Source: Clostridia bacterium (GTDB taxonomy: Bacteria; Bacillota; Clostridia; Oscillospirales; CAG-272). From it: DNA of 64,000 nt. The position numbers and the translations under genes were made by a program. Numbering within the stretch: the stretch's first letter is position 1; each line of letters opens with the position of its first letter. The DNA is taken from positions 240,917 through 304,916 of the forward strand of contig JAFUJB010000016.1 in NCBI GenBank assembly GCA_017473865.1, read 5' to 3'. Positions 25,251-34,102 of this stretch are shown here, piece by piece. The notes below the pieces were generated by a model that saw only the letters and a program-made list of their open reading frames with translations, was not told the origin of the DNA and searched no databases.

Positions 25251-28010
25251 ATGTCACTGTTTGGTATACTTGAGACCTTGCTGATAGGTCCTTTGAAATT
25301 AGTTTTTGAAATAATATTTCAATATTCACTCAAAATAGTCGGCCATCCGGGCTTTGCAATAATCGTGCTCAGCTTGGTGATGAATATTCTCGTTCTGCCG
25401 CTTTATAAGCGCGCGGACGCTATGCAGGAGCAGGCGCGCGACGTTGAAAACAAGCTGCGCGAGGGAACTGCTCACATAAAAAAGACATTTTCAGGCGACG
25501 AGCGCATGATGATGCTCCAGACCTATAACCGACAGAATAACTATAAGCCCACCGACGTATTCAAGGGCTCGGTATCGCTTTTGCTTGAGATTCCGTTTTT
25601 TATGGCGGCATATCAGTTTTTGTCGCACCTTCAAACACTTAACGGTATATCGTTCGGACCAATAACGGACCTCGGCAAACCCGACGCGCTTCTTGTTATC
25701 GGCGGTATAACCCTGAACGCATTGCCCATAATTATGACTCTTATCAACGTTATTTCTTCGGCGATCTACCTTAAAGGCTTTCCGCTGAAAACGAAGATTC
25801 AGCTTTATGGTATGGCAGCGTTTTTCTTGGTGTTTCTCTATACGTCTCCCGCAGGACTTTTGTTCTACTGGACCTTGAATAACGTTTTTTCTCTTGTAAA
25901 AAATATTTTTTACAAGCTTAAAAACCCTAAGCTTGTTGTAACCATTATGGCATTTATTGCAGGATTGGCGTTTTTTGCTCTTGCTGTCTATTCGCCTTAT
26001 ACGAAGAAGCCGTTTATCGTTCTCGGCGCAATTCTGATACTGCCTTTACTCAGTATGCTGTTCAAAAAGGTGTTTAAATTCAAAGAACGCGAGTTTAGCA
26101 TTAAGCCTAACAAAACCCACTTTACTCTCGGTACGTTGTTTTTGACTGTTTTTATAGGAGTATTCATTCCTTCGGTATATATTGCGGCATCTCCTCAGGA
26201 ATACGTGGATATTGCCTATTTTCACAATCCTCTTTGGTATATTGTAAGTACCGCGGCAATGGCGGCAGGCTTTTTCCTCGTATGGTTCAGAGTGTTTTAC
26301 TGGCTTGCCCAGCCCAAGTTGAAAGTCTTGTTTGAAAAATTAGTCTGGATTTTGTGCGGTATTACCGTAGTAAACTATATGTTCTTCGGGACAAAGCTGG
26401 GTATTATTTCTGCCGAGTTGGTTTATGAAAACGGTGTGTCATTCCAGTCATCCGAGATGATTTTGAATATAGCGGTCAGTGTTTTAATCGGTTCTTTGCT
26501 GCTGCTTGTTGCAATTAAGTGGAGAAAGGTTATCTCCGGTGTGTTGCTTACGGCGGCAATTGCGATAGGGGCAATGAGCGGATTGAATATATATAAAACG
26601 TCTCAGCTTGTCAGTAACATTTCAATTGAGCAGTCAAGTGTTATTCCAAACTTTACTTTAAGCAAAGACGGCAAAAACGTAATTGTTCTTATGCTTGACC
26701 GTGCAATTGGCGGATTTATTCCGTTTATGTTTGACGAGAAGCCTGAATTGCGTGAACAGTTTGAAGGATTTACTTTTTATGAAAACACCATATCTCACGG
26801 AGGATTTACAAATTTTGGTACTCCCGGATTGTTTGGCGGGTATGAGTATACTCCCGTCGAAATGAACAAACGTGATGATGAGTTTCTTGTTGACAAACAT
26901 AACGAGGCTTTAAAAGTAATGCCCGTTCTATTTGACAAAAACGGATATGAAGTAACCGTTTGCGATCCTGTATATGCAAACTATCAGTGGCTTCCCGATA
27001 CGTCGATTTTTGACGAATATCCTGATATAAATACTTTCGTTACGAGCGGAGCGTTTTCAGATCCGAAGATAAAAGAAATAGCGGTAGAAAACAGACACCG
27101 TAATTTCTTCTGCTTCTCGCTTATGAAAACGATGCCACTATTTTTCCAACCCGTTTTGTACGACAACGGAACTTATATTCAGGCGAAGGTAGAATATGAA
27201 AATAATATAAACCGTCCCGTCCAGTACGTAGAAGAAGGATCTAGCACCAAGGCGGAAGGTATATCAAACGCTTTCTGGGAACCGTATAACGTTATTGCAA
27301 ATCTTTCGAATATTACGAAAATAAGCGACGGCAAAACCAATACGTTTATGACTATGGTAAACAATGCGACTCACGAGCCGGTGTTGCTTCAGAGACCCGC
27401 TTACGTTCCTACCGAAAAGATTGACAATACAGAATATGATGCATTGACCGGTGAAAAGGTAACGGTCGATGGCAAAGTATTGTATATTAGTAACCATACA
27501 CAAAAGATACATTATCAAAGTAATATGGCGGTAATGCTTAAACTGGGTGAATGGTTTGATTATTTGCGTGAAAAAGGCGTGTATGATAACACGAAAATTA
27601 TTCTTGTATCCGACCACGGAAATCCTAACGGGCATTTTGAGAATATTACCAAAGACGGGATTGACCTTGCATGGTTTTCCAGTTTGCTTATGGTAAAAGA
27701 TTTCGGCAGTAACGAATTTACCGTTTCGGATGAGTTTATGACAAATGCTGACGTTCCAACGCTTGCTTTTAAGAATTGTATTGAAAACCCTGTTAATCCT
27801 TTTACGAATAAACTCATAAGCAGCAGTGAAAAGACAGCACACGATCAATATGTAATATTGTCTAAAGTGTGGGACGTTAATAAAAATAACGGAAAGACTT
27901 TTCTTTCTTCAAGTTGGGTAAAAGTTAAAGATAATGCTTGGGATAAAGATAACTGGACTTTCTATAACGAAGACATAGTTCTTTCCGAACATAGCTTTCC
28001 GTCAAAATAA
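25251..28010 (+). CDS. Fusion protein: YidC/Oxa1-like membrane-insertase domain + polytopic TM region + C-terminal LtaS/sulfatase-like (alkaline-phosphatase superfamily) domain
   Basis: The N-terminal 200 aa align in pattern to the YidC/SpoIIIJ core (LPLYKRADAMQEQ…QTYNRQNNYKP…LLLEIPFFMAAYQFL…ITDLGKPD). The C-terminal domain has sulfatase motifs VIVLMLDRA, FENTISHGGFTNFGTPG, VSDHGNP. Confidence 0.6.
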   Translation: MSLFGILETLLIGPLKLVFEIIFQYSLKIVGHPGFAIIVLSLVMNILVLPLYKRADAMQEQARDVENKLREGTAHIKKTFSGDERMMMLQTYNRQNNYKPTDVFKGSVSLLLEIPFFMAAYQFLSHLQTLNGISFGPITDLGKPDALLVIGGITLNALPIIMTLINVISSAIYLKGFPLKTKIQLYGMAAFFLVFLYTSPAGLLFYWTLNNVFSLVKNIFYKLKNPKLVVTIMAFIAGLAFFALAVYSPYTKKPFIVLGAILILPLLSMLFKKVFKFKEREFSIKPNKTHFTLGTLFLTVFIGVFIPSVYIAASPQEYVDIAYFHNPLWYIVSTAAMAAGFFLVWFRVFYWLAQPKLKVLFEKLVWILCGITVVNYMFFGTKLGIISAELVYENGVSFQSSEMILNIAVSVLIGSLLLLVAIKWRKVISGVLLTAAIAIGAMSGLNIYKTSQLVSNISIEQSSVIPNFTLSKDGKNVIVLMLDRAIGGFIPFMFDEKPELREQFEGFTFYENTISHGGFTNFGTPGLFGGYEYTPVEMNKRDDEFLVDKHNEALKVMPVLFDKNGYEVTVCDPVYANYQWLPDTSIFDEYPDINTFVTSGAFSDPKIKEIAVENRHRNFFCFSLMKTMPLFFQPVLYDNGTYIQAKVEYENNINRPVQYVEEGSSTKAEGISNAFWEPYNVIANLSNITKISDGKTNTFMTMVNNATHEPVLLQRPAYVPTEKIDNTEYDALTGEKVTVDGKVLYISNHTQKIHYQSNMAVMLKLGEWFDYLREKGVYDNTKIILVSDHGNPNGHFENITKDGIDLAWFSSLLMVKDFGSNEFTVSDEFMTNADVPTLAFKNCIENPVNPFTNKLISSSEKTAHDQYVILSKVWDVNKNNGKTFLSSSWVKVKDNAWDKDNWTFYNEDIVLSEHSFPSK

Positions 28011-28021
28011 CATTTAAGAGG

Positions 28022-28900
28022 TTGGTTTTAATGTATAAAGTAGACAATGCCGTCATAATGGCGGCGGGAACGGCAAGCAGATTTGCGCCTTTATCGTACG
28101 AAAAGCCGAAAGCGCTGATCGAGGTAAAGGGAGAGATACTGCTCGAAAGACAGATAAAACAGCTACAGTCTGCAGGGATAGATGAAATAATAATTGTCGT
28201 CGGCTACAAAAAAGAGCAGTTTATGTACCTGAAAGAAAAATACGGTGTAATCATCGTGGAAAACAAAGACTATCTGACAAGAAACAATAATTCAACCATC
28301 AATGCCGTAAGAGAATATTTAGGAAATACTTACATCTGTTCTTCCGATAACTATTTTACAAACAATCCGTTTGAAAGTGAAGTTGACGAAGCGTATTATG
28401 CAGCTGTATATGCCGAAGGGCAGACTAAAGAGTGGTGTATGACCGAGGACGAAAACGGTTATATAAACAGCGTTAATATTGGCGGTGAAAACGCTTGGTA
28501 TATGCTCGGACATACTTTCTGGACAAGGGATTTCAGCAAAAAATTTCTTGAGATACTTGACAGGATATACGACCTTCCCGAAACGGCGGATCTTCTTTGG
28601 GAGGCTATATATATGAAGCATCTCGACGAGCTTAAAATGAAGATCAGAAAGTATGGCTCAGACTTTATTTTTGAATTTGATACGCTTGACGAGCTGAGAG
28701 AATTCGACACAAGCTATATTGACGATACGCGTTCCGAAATACTTAAAAATATTGCGAAAGTGCTTGCTTGCTCGGAAAAAGATATAACGGACGTAAAATC
28801 ATTTAAAGATGCCGACAACTCTGCTGCGGGTATAGTTTTTAATGCCGATGGCATACAGTACAGATACAACTATCAAGACCAACTTTTAAGGAGGGTTTAA
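28022..28900 (+). CDS. licC: Nucleotidyltransferase, LicC-like (choline-phosphate cytidylyltransferase family)
   Basis: N-terminal VIMAAGTASRFAPLSYEKPKALIEVKGEILLERQI. 292 aa. Adjacent to a choline kinase gene. Confidence 0.7.
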   Translation: MVLMYKVDNAVIMAAGTASRFAPLSYEKPKALIEVKGEILLERQIKQLQSAGIDEIIIVVGYKKEQFMYLKEKYGVIIVENKDYLTRNNNSTINAVREYLGNTYICSSDNYFTNNPFESEVDEAYYAAVYAEGQTKEWCMTEDENGYINSVNIGGENAWYMLGHTFWTRDFSKKFLEILDRIYDLPETADLLWEAIYMKHLDELKMKIRKYGSDFIFEFDTLDELREFDTSYIDDTRSEILKNIAKVLACSEKDITDVKSFKDADNSAAGIVFNADGIQYRYNYQDQLLRRV

Positions 28901-28901
28901 A

Positions 28902-29807
28902 GTGCGCGAAATTATAGAAAAGGATCTTGAACAGGTAAATGCCCTGATTAAGAAAGTTCTTGGGAAAAACGGATATAAAACTATTCAGAGAATGGGCGGA
29001 CTTACTAACCATACATATCACGTAACGCTGGACGACGGAAACGAATACGTCGTCAGAATTCCCGGAGAGGGAACGGAAGAGCTTATAAACAGAGCCGACG
29101 AAAAAAAGAGCACCGAGCTTGCTTGTAAGCTTGGTGTTGATGCAAATCTTCTTTATTTTGGAGACAATGGGTCAAAGGTAACCGAATATATATCAAACGC
29201 CATCACTATGTCGGCAGAATCGCTGCATAGCAAAGAAAATATAAAGGCTATTGCCGATATTTACAAAAAAATGCACACGAGCGGACAAGATACCGGTGTT
29301 CCTTTCGAAGTATTTGATATGGCGGCAGGCTATGAAAAAATAATTAATAATATGAACGTACCTATGTTCGACGACTGGGCGGAGATATTCAAGAAGGTTA
29401 TTGCCATAAAGTCTGAGATCGACAAGGCAGTCAACGCACCTAAAGTTCCTTGCCACAACGATCCCCTGTGCGAAAACTGGGTAATCGGTAACGGAAGAAT
29501 GTATCTCATTGACTGGGAATACGCCGGAATGAACGACGGTATGTGGGACGTTGCCGACGTATCAATCGAAGCAGGGTTTGATGAAGAGCACGATTTACTG
29601 CTCCTTAAAGAATATCTCGGCAAGGAACCCGAAGTGATAGACAAAAAGCATTTTCTTGCAAGTAAGATATACGTGGACTATTTGTGGACACTTTGGGCGA
29701 AGGCGAGAGTTCCTTACGACGGTCAGCCTATGGAAGACTGGGCTGTTGAAAGATATGGCAGAATGAAAGATAATATAAAATTATTTGAAAAGATTCAGGA
29801 GGCATAA
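28902..29807 (+). CDS. licA: Choline kinase, LicA-like (CHK/APH phosphotransferase fold)
   Basis: Brenner and catalytic motifs HNDPLCENWV…LIDWEYAGMNDGMWDVAD. Confidence 0.8.
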   Translation: MREIIEKDLEQVNALIKKVLGKNGYKTIQRMGGLTNHTYHVTLDDGNEYVVRIPGEGTEELINRADEKKSTELACKLGVDANLLYFGDNGSKVTEYISNAITMSAESLHSKENIKAIADIYKKMHTSGQDTGVPFEVFDMAAGYEKIINNMNVPMFDDWAEIFKKVIAIKSEIDKAVNAPKVPCHNDPLCENWVIGNGRMYLIDWEYAGMNDGMWDVADVSIEAGFDEEHDLLLLKEYLGKEPEVIDKKHFLASKIYVDYLWTLWAKARVPYDGQPMEDWAVERYGRMKDNIKLFEKIQEA

Positions 29808-29811
29808 AACT

Positions 29812-30744
29812 ATGTTGGCAGGAATTATTGCGGGTATAACTTGGGCGCTCGAAACCGTTATTTTGGGCAAGGCTCTCGGACTTGATCCTCTTGCTGCTAT
29901 GGCATTGGCAACCTTTGTAAGCACTTTTCTTCACGACGCTTGTTCGGCGATCTGGTCATTTTTCTATAACGCAGTCAGAGGTAATCTCAAAAACGTATGG
30001 AAAGCATTTAAGACAAAGAGCGGTAAATGGGTAGTTGCCGCGGCTGTTATAGGCGGCCCTATCGGTATGACGGGTTACGTTATGGCGGTTAAGTATATGG
30101 GCGCGTCAATCGGCGCCGTTGCAAGTGCTATATTCCCTGCGATAGGAAGCGTATTGGCTTATGTTTTCCTTAAAGAAAAAATGAAATGGCATCAGTGGAT
30201 ATTCCTTTTGATAACGCTTGCAGGCGTATACGGGCTCAGCTATTCACCCGACCTAGCAATAAGCAATTTCTGGCTTGGACTTCTCGGCGCGGCTATGTGC
30301 TCGTTCGGTTGGGGTATTGAGGCGGTTATTCTTGCAAAATGCCTGAACGATCCCGAGGTTACAGACGAATACGCTCTGCAGATAAGACAGACAACGTCTG
30401 CCCTCACTTACGGAATTATAATCCTCCCCTTGCTTAAGGGATGGGGAGTAACGGTTGATTTGTTTACACAGAAATCGGGATGGGTATTGCCCTTGATAGC
30501 TGTGGCTGCTCTGTTTGCTACCGTTTCTTACTTGTTCTATTATAAAGCAATTTCGCAGATCGGCGCATCAAAGGCTATGGCACTTAACGTAACGTATACA
30601 GCTTGGGCGATATTGTTTACGGTAATACTTTTCGGAGACACAAGCGTCCTTTCACCCTTGACGATAATCTGTGCTCTTGTAGTACTTGTATGCGGTATTT
30701 TTGCTGCGGCTGACTTCAAAGAGATTTTGAGTAAAAAGAAATAA
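29812..30744 (+). CDS. licB: EamA/DMT-family permease, LicB-like putative choline transporter
   Basis: 10-TM DMT protein. Start taken at the ATG at 29812, 9 nt after AGGAGG. The upstream in-frame extension in the ORF track lacks an RBS. Confidence 0.7.
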   Translation: MLAGIIAGITWALETVILGKALGLDPLAAMALATFVSTFLHDACSAIWSFFYNAVRGNLKNVWKAFKTKSGKWVVAAAVIGGPIGMTGYVMAVKYMGASIGAVASAIFPAIGSVLAYVFLKEKMKWHQWIFLLITLAGVYGLSYSPDLAISNFWLGLLGAAMCSFGWGIEAVILAKCLNDPEVTDEYALQIRQTTSALTYGIIILPLLKGWGVTVDLFTQKSGWVLPLIAVAALFATVSYLFYYKAISQIGASKAMALNVTYTAWAILFTVILFGDTSVLSPLTIICALVVLVCGIFAAADFKEILSKKK

Positions 30745-31231
30745 CGTCAATGCCGCACGACCCCGCTTTTTTGAAAAAAAGCTTGGCACCTACTTTCTTT
30801 TAAGGAAAGAAAGTAGGCAAAGAAACCTTGCAACATGGGTTTGCGGAGGCAATATTACCTAATTGGTAGGGGACGGCGCACACGAGAACCCCCAAAACTT
30901 ACTACGTGCGTTTTGGGGAACCCCTACCTCGACGTCCCGCAAAAGCCACATTAAAAAGTTTTGAGGGAGTCAAGAGGGCACTTTTTCAAAAGTGTCCTTT
31001 TGTGGCGCCCACGGCGCAGGGATAATGGGTTTGCAGAGACAATAATGATTAGCGAATGGGGTTTAAGGGGCAGAGCCCCTGACTATTTGTGCCCGTTTAG
31101 AAAACGCGGAAGCGTTTTCTTTTTCCCTCTCAGGCTCGCAGATGCTCGTCAGCTCTCCCGTAGGGAGAGCCTTTTTTGCGAGCTAATATAATAGAGAGTG
31201 TGCGGAAAAAGCCCACACACTCTCTTGTTTT

Positions 31232-31450
31232 TTAAATTATAATTGACTCTGCAAGTTGGTTGTCAATGCTGTATCTGCTTTCTTTAATGGAGACGGTGCA
31301 GCTTCCTTTGCCGTGTGAAATGACCGTAATTGGTTCACCGGCATAACAACCGAGCGAGAAGAGGAAGGAGTTAAGCTCCTCGTCGTCAATCTTAATATCT
31401 TTAATTATATATTCAGTTCCTTCGATAGCTTGTTTCAAGTTCATATACAA
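31232..31450 (-). CDS. feoA: FeoA-family protein (stand-alone)
   Basis: 72 aa: MYMNLKQAIEGTEYIIKDI…GCYAGEPITVISHGKGSCTVSIKESRYSIDNQLAESIII. SH3-like FeoA pattern. Confidence 0.75.
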   Translation of the reverse strand: MYMNLKQAIEGTEYIIKDIKIDDEELNSFLFSLGCYAGEPITVISHGKGSCTVSIKESRYSIDNQLAESIII

Positions 31451-31628
31451 TACCTTCTTTCATTGAGTTAGCCTATGCTATCTCGGTCAATATGATAGCA
31501 TTGAATAATAGATTTGTCAAGTAGAAAAATAAAAAAAGAGAGAATAAAAAGGTGGGGCTATGGCGTATAATATAAGTAGGTATAATAAAGAGGGCAAGCG
31601 AAAAAGAATAATAATTCTAAAAAAGGTA

Positions 31629-31657
31629 TTGACAAAAGGTAGGGAGTATAGTATAAT
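31629..31657 (+). promoter_or_regulatory. Consensus sigma-A promoter for the tRNA-Leu/tRNA-fMet operon
   Basis: TTGACA, 17-bp spacer, TATAAT (ttgacaaaaggtagggagtatagtataat). ~20 bp before tRNA-Leu. Confidence 0.7.
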
Positions 31658-31675
31658 ACTATGGCAGCCAAAAAT

Positions 31676-31765
31676 GCCGGTGTGGCGGAATTGGCAGACG
31701 CCCGGGACTTAAAATCCCGTGGGAATTCAACTCCCGTACCGGTTCGACCCCGGTCACCGGCACCA
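31676..31765 (+). tRNA. tRNA-Leu (anticodon TAA)
   Basis: GCCGGTGTGGCGGAATTGGCAGACGC… Long variable arm. Anticodon loop cttaaaa. 3' CCA is encoded. Confidence 0.9.
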
Positions 31766-31789
31766 AAGTTGTAACAAAGAGTAATATAT

Positions 31790-31866
<77 letters not shown>

Positions 31867-31872
31867 AAATGA

Positions 31873-31903
31873 AAAGGCATCCAGAAGGATGCCTTTTCGT
31901 TTT
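31873..31903 (+). terminator. Rho-independent terminator after the tRNA operon
   Basis: AAAGGCATCC-agaa-GGATGCCTTT followed by TCGTTTT. Confidence 0.6.
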
Positions 31904-31965
31904 GCCTGCAGGTCGAGGATTGTAACATAAGGCAGTCGGGTTATGAGCCCGAAGGGCGAATAAGG

Positions 31966-32095
31966 CGGAGGTAGAGAGCGAAGCGAGCGGCCGAGTGGGA
32001 GTGAATGACAGTCCGGTGGACTGTCAGAGCCACGAGGTGACCGAAGTCAAGTTCTCCGCAGAGAATTTGACAAGAACGTGTGGTTCAAGTCCCAC
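31966..32095. repeat. Left copy of a 129-130-bp direct repeat (island boundary, att-like) that ends in tRNA-fMet T-arm sequence
   Basis: cggaggtagagagcgaagcgagcggccgagtgggagtgaatgacagtccggtggactgtcagagccacgaggtgaccgaagtcaaGttctccgcagagaatttgacaagaacgtgtggttcaagtcccac. Identical to 36352-36480 except for one base. Contains the internal hairpins GACAGTCC-ggt-GGACTGTC and AATTCTC-cgca-GAGAATT. Confidence 0.75.
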
Positions 32096-32261
32096 ATTTT
32101 TTTCGTATAACCGTCCATTAGGAATAGTCAGGGTTTTGACTGTTCTTTTTAGACGGCTTTTTGTCGAGTTTTGGTCGGATTTTGAATAGTATTATTGAAA
32201 AAATACAAGGTTTATGCTACAATAATAAAAATGACTGACATTACTTTTAAGGAGAAAATTT

Positions 32262-33794
32262 ATGGGATTATTAAAGTGTCCTGATTGTGGTAAAGAGTTT
32301 TCTGATAGAATTGATGCTTGCCCGAATTGCGCCTGTCCAAAGAGTGTAGTTTTGAAAGAATTAGAGTCTAAAGAAGAAGTGCAAGTTAATAATGAGATAA
32401 AAAGTGAAGAAATTAACCCATTTAAATATACTAAAAAAGACTTAATGTCTTATGAAGAATTAAAAATTTTTTCTATACAATCAATCTTGCCATACATATG
32501 CGAAGAATTAAAGATTAATAAAGCAGATATAAGTGAATGTGATGCTCAATATGGCGTTGATTTTATTGCAAAAACGACAGACGGTGCTATAGGTATTAAG
32601 TTTATAATAGATATTGCTCCCAATAAAAGTATAAAACTTTATGACGAAGATGCGGCAAAGAAAATGTACTCTTTAGGTTTTAAATTTGCTGTTGCTCAAA
32701 TTGGTGTAGGTTCAAAAGATGAGTTAAGATTCCAAAGACGTGTTGTGCTAAAAAATGATGGATATTTGTTTAATTATACAGGGCTCAAATATTTCGAGTA
32801 TAAAGATTATTCAAATGTTAGATTGTCGTTAAGCGAAGATACATCTTGGAAATATATATTTAATCCCAAAACAGACGAAGAAAATCCTTATACGATAAAA
32901 AAAGAAAAAAGAACATATCGAGAATATTTTAATAGTGATACATATGAAACAACAATACAAGGTTTGTTCGATAAGTACTACATTCAAAGTCGTCATAGAG
33001 AGTTTTTGAAAGAATATATATTAAGTTTGGCAGAATCAATTCAATACTCATTAAGTGCAGAAAATACACTTGTAAACTTTATGAACTGTGTTGATTATTG
33101 TCAAGGGTTGTTTTTGTCAAATAGTAAAGCTGTCAAGGAGAATAAAATAATACTTAAAACAATTGAACTATTAGAAGAAAATAGTTTTATTAGTTTAAAT
33201 AAGTACGAGTTATTTAATTTCGGTTTTTATGTTTATTATTTCTTAAAAAACGGCGGAACAAATGCTGAAATGATTTCTTCATCTTTGGCTGATAAAATGA
33301 AAATTGATTTATATTATTCAACTCCAGAACTCTTTGGGTTTGAGAAAAAGGTTATTATGAATAGTGGCGATAATGAGCTAAAAAAAGTCTTGTTAGATCT
33401 CTCTAATCCAAATCATATTACGAAATTAAACAACAAAAGTGTATGTAATAGTTTTGATGAATATTATAGCGCTAAAGCATCTAAAAGCTTAAAAAACTGG
33501 AAAACTACTCTTGGTGTGTTGTTGATTATAAGTGCAGCAATAAGTTTAGTGTCCTTAATTTTAGGTAATTATTTTGCTTTAGTTGATATTGTTTTGTGTT
33601 TGGTTTTTGGAGTGTTAATATTTAAAAATAATAGTTGGATATATGCTTTGTTGGTTGCTATATATCAGGGGATAGTTGTAATCATTAACTTAGACGCAGG
33701 AAAATCCACAGTAAATTTATTTCCTTTAGTTATTTCATTAATTGTTATGTTTGGAATTATCAAGTTAAAAAAAGAATATGGAAGCGGCAACTAA
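32262..33794 (+). CDS. Island-encoded protein: N-terminal zinc ribbon + ~400-aa cytoplasmic region + C-terminal 3-TM anchor. Unknown function.
   Basis: CPDCGKEF…CPNCACP at the N-terminus. C-terminal hydrophobic helices (LGVLLIISAAISLVSLILG…, LVDIVLCLVFGVLIF, ALLVAIYQGIVVIINL, LFPLVISLIVMFGII). Very AT-rich codon usage compared with the flanking genes. Confidence 0.5.
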   Translation: MGLLKCPDCGKEFSDRIDACPNCACPKSVVLKELESKEEVQVNNEIKSEEINPFKYTKKDLMSYEELKIFSIQSILPYICEELKINKADISECDAQYGVDFIAKTTDGAIGIKFIIDIAPNKSIKLYDEDAAKKMYSLGFKFAVAQIGVGSKDELRFQRRVVLKNDGYLFNYTGLKYFEYKDYSNVRLSLSEDTSWKYIFNPKTDEENPYTIKKEKRTYREYFNSDTYETTIQGLFDKYYIQSRHREFLKEYILSLAESIQYSLSAENTLVNFMNCVDYCQGLFLSNSKAVKENKIILKTIELLEENSFISLNKYELFNFGFYVYYFLKNGGTNAEMISSSLADKMKIDLYYSTPELFGFEKKVIMNSGDNELKKVLLDLSNPNHITKLNNKSVCNSFDEYYSAKASKSLKNWKTTLGVLLIISAAISLVSLILGNYFALVDIVLCLVFGVLIFKNNSWIYALLVAIYQGIVVIINLDAGKSTVNLFPLVISLIVMFGIIKLKKEYGSGN

Positions 33795-34102
33795 GCTTGA
33801 TAACGTAATATTAAATAACACTTCGGGGAGAGTTAAAAGATCAAAATTGATATAATATATATGAAAAATGGAGATGAAAAGGTAGTACTATGGCGTAGTA
33901 CTGCCTTATTGTTTTCTAATAAACTAATTATATTTTGACAAATAAATTGCTTTTAATGTGATAAGTTAATAAAAAGTCTTTATATTCAATTCAATTTGAT
34001 CTAACCATCCTGTTAAATGGAGAAAAAATCTCTAAATGTGCATTTTGAGTGTTGACTTTTAGAGATAAATGGATATAATATAATCAAAAGGAGTGATTAA
34101 CT

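Noticed and set aside
30760-31230. Considered tmRNA or a riboswitch for the licB/feoA convergent spacer
   Set aside because: There is no tRNA-like acceptor/T-arm and no tag-peptide reading frame. Both flanking genes end here, so a cis-regulatory leader role is unlikely. It is kept only as a candidate ncRNA or repeat cluster.
31995-32189. 64-aa ORF and the 36409-36624 minus ORFs overlapping the 129-bp direct repeats
   Set aside because: The sequence is tRNA-like/structured and repeated verbatim. There is no coding signal, and the ORFs exist only because the repeat lacks stop codons.
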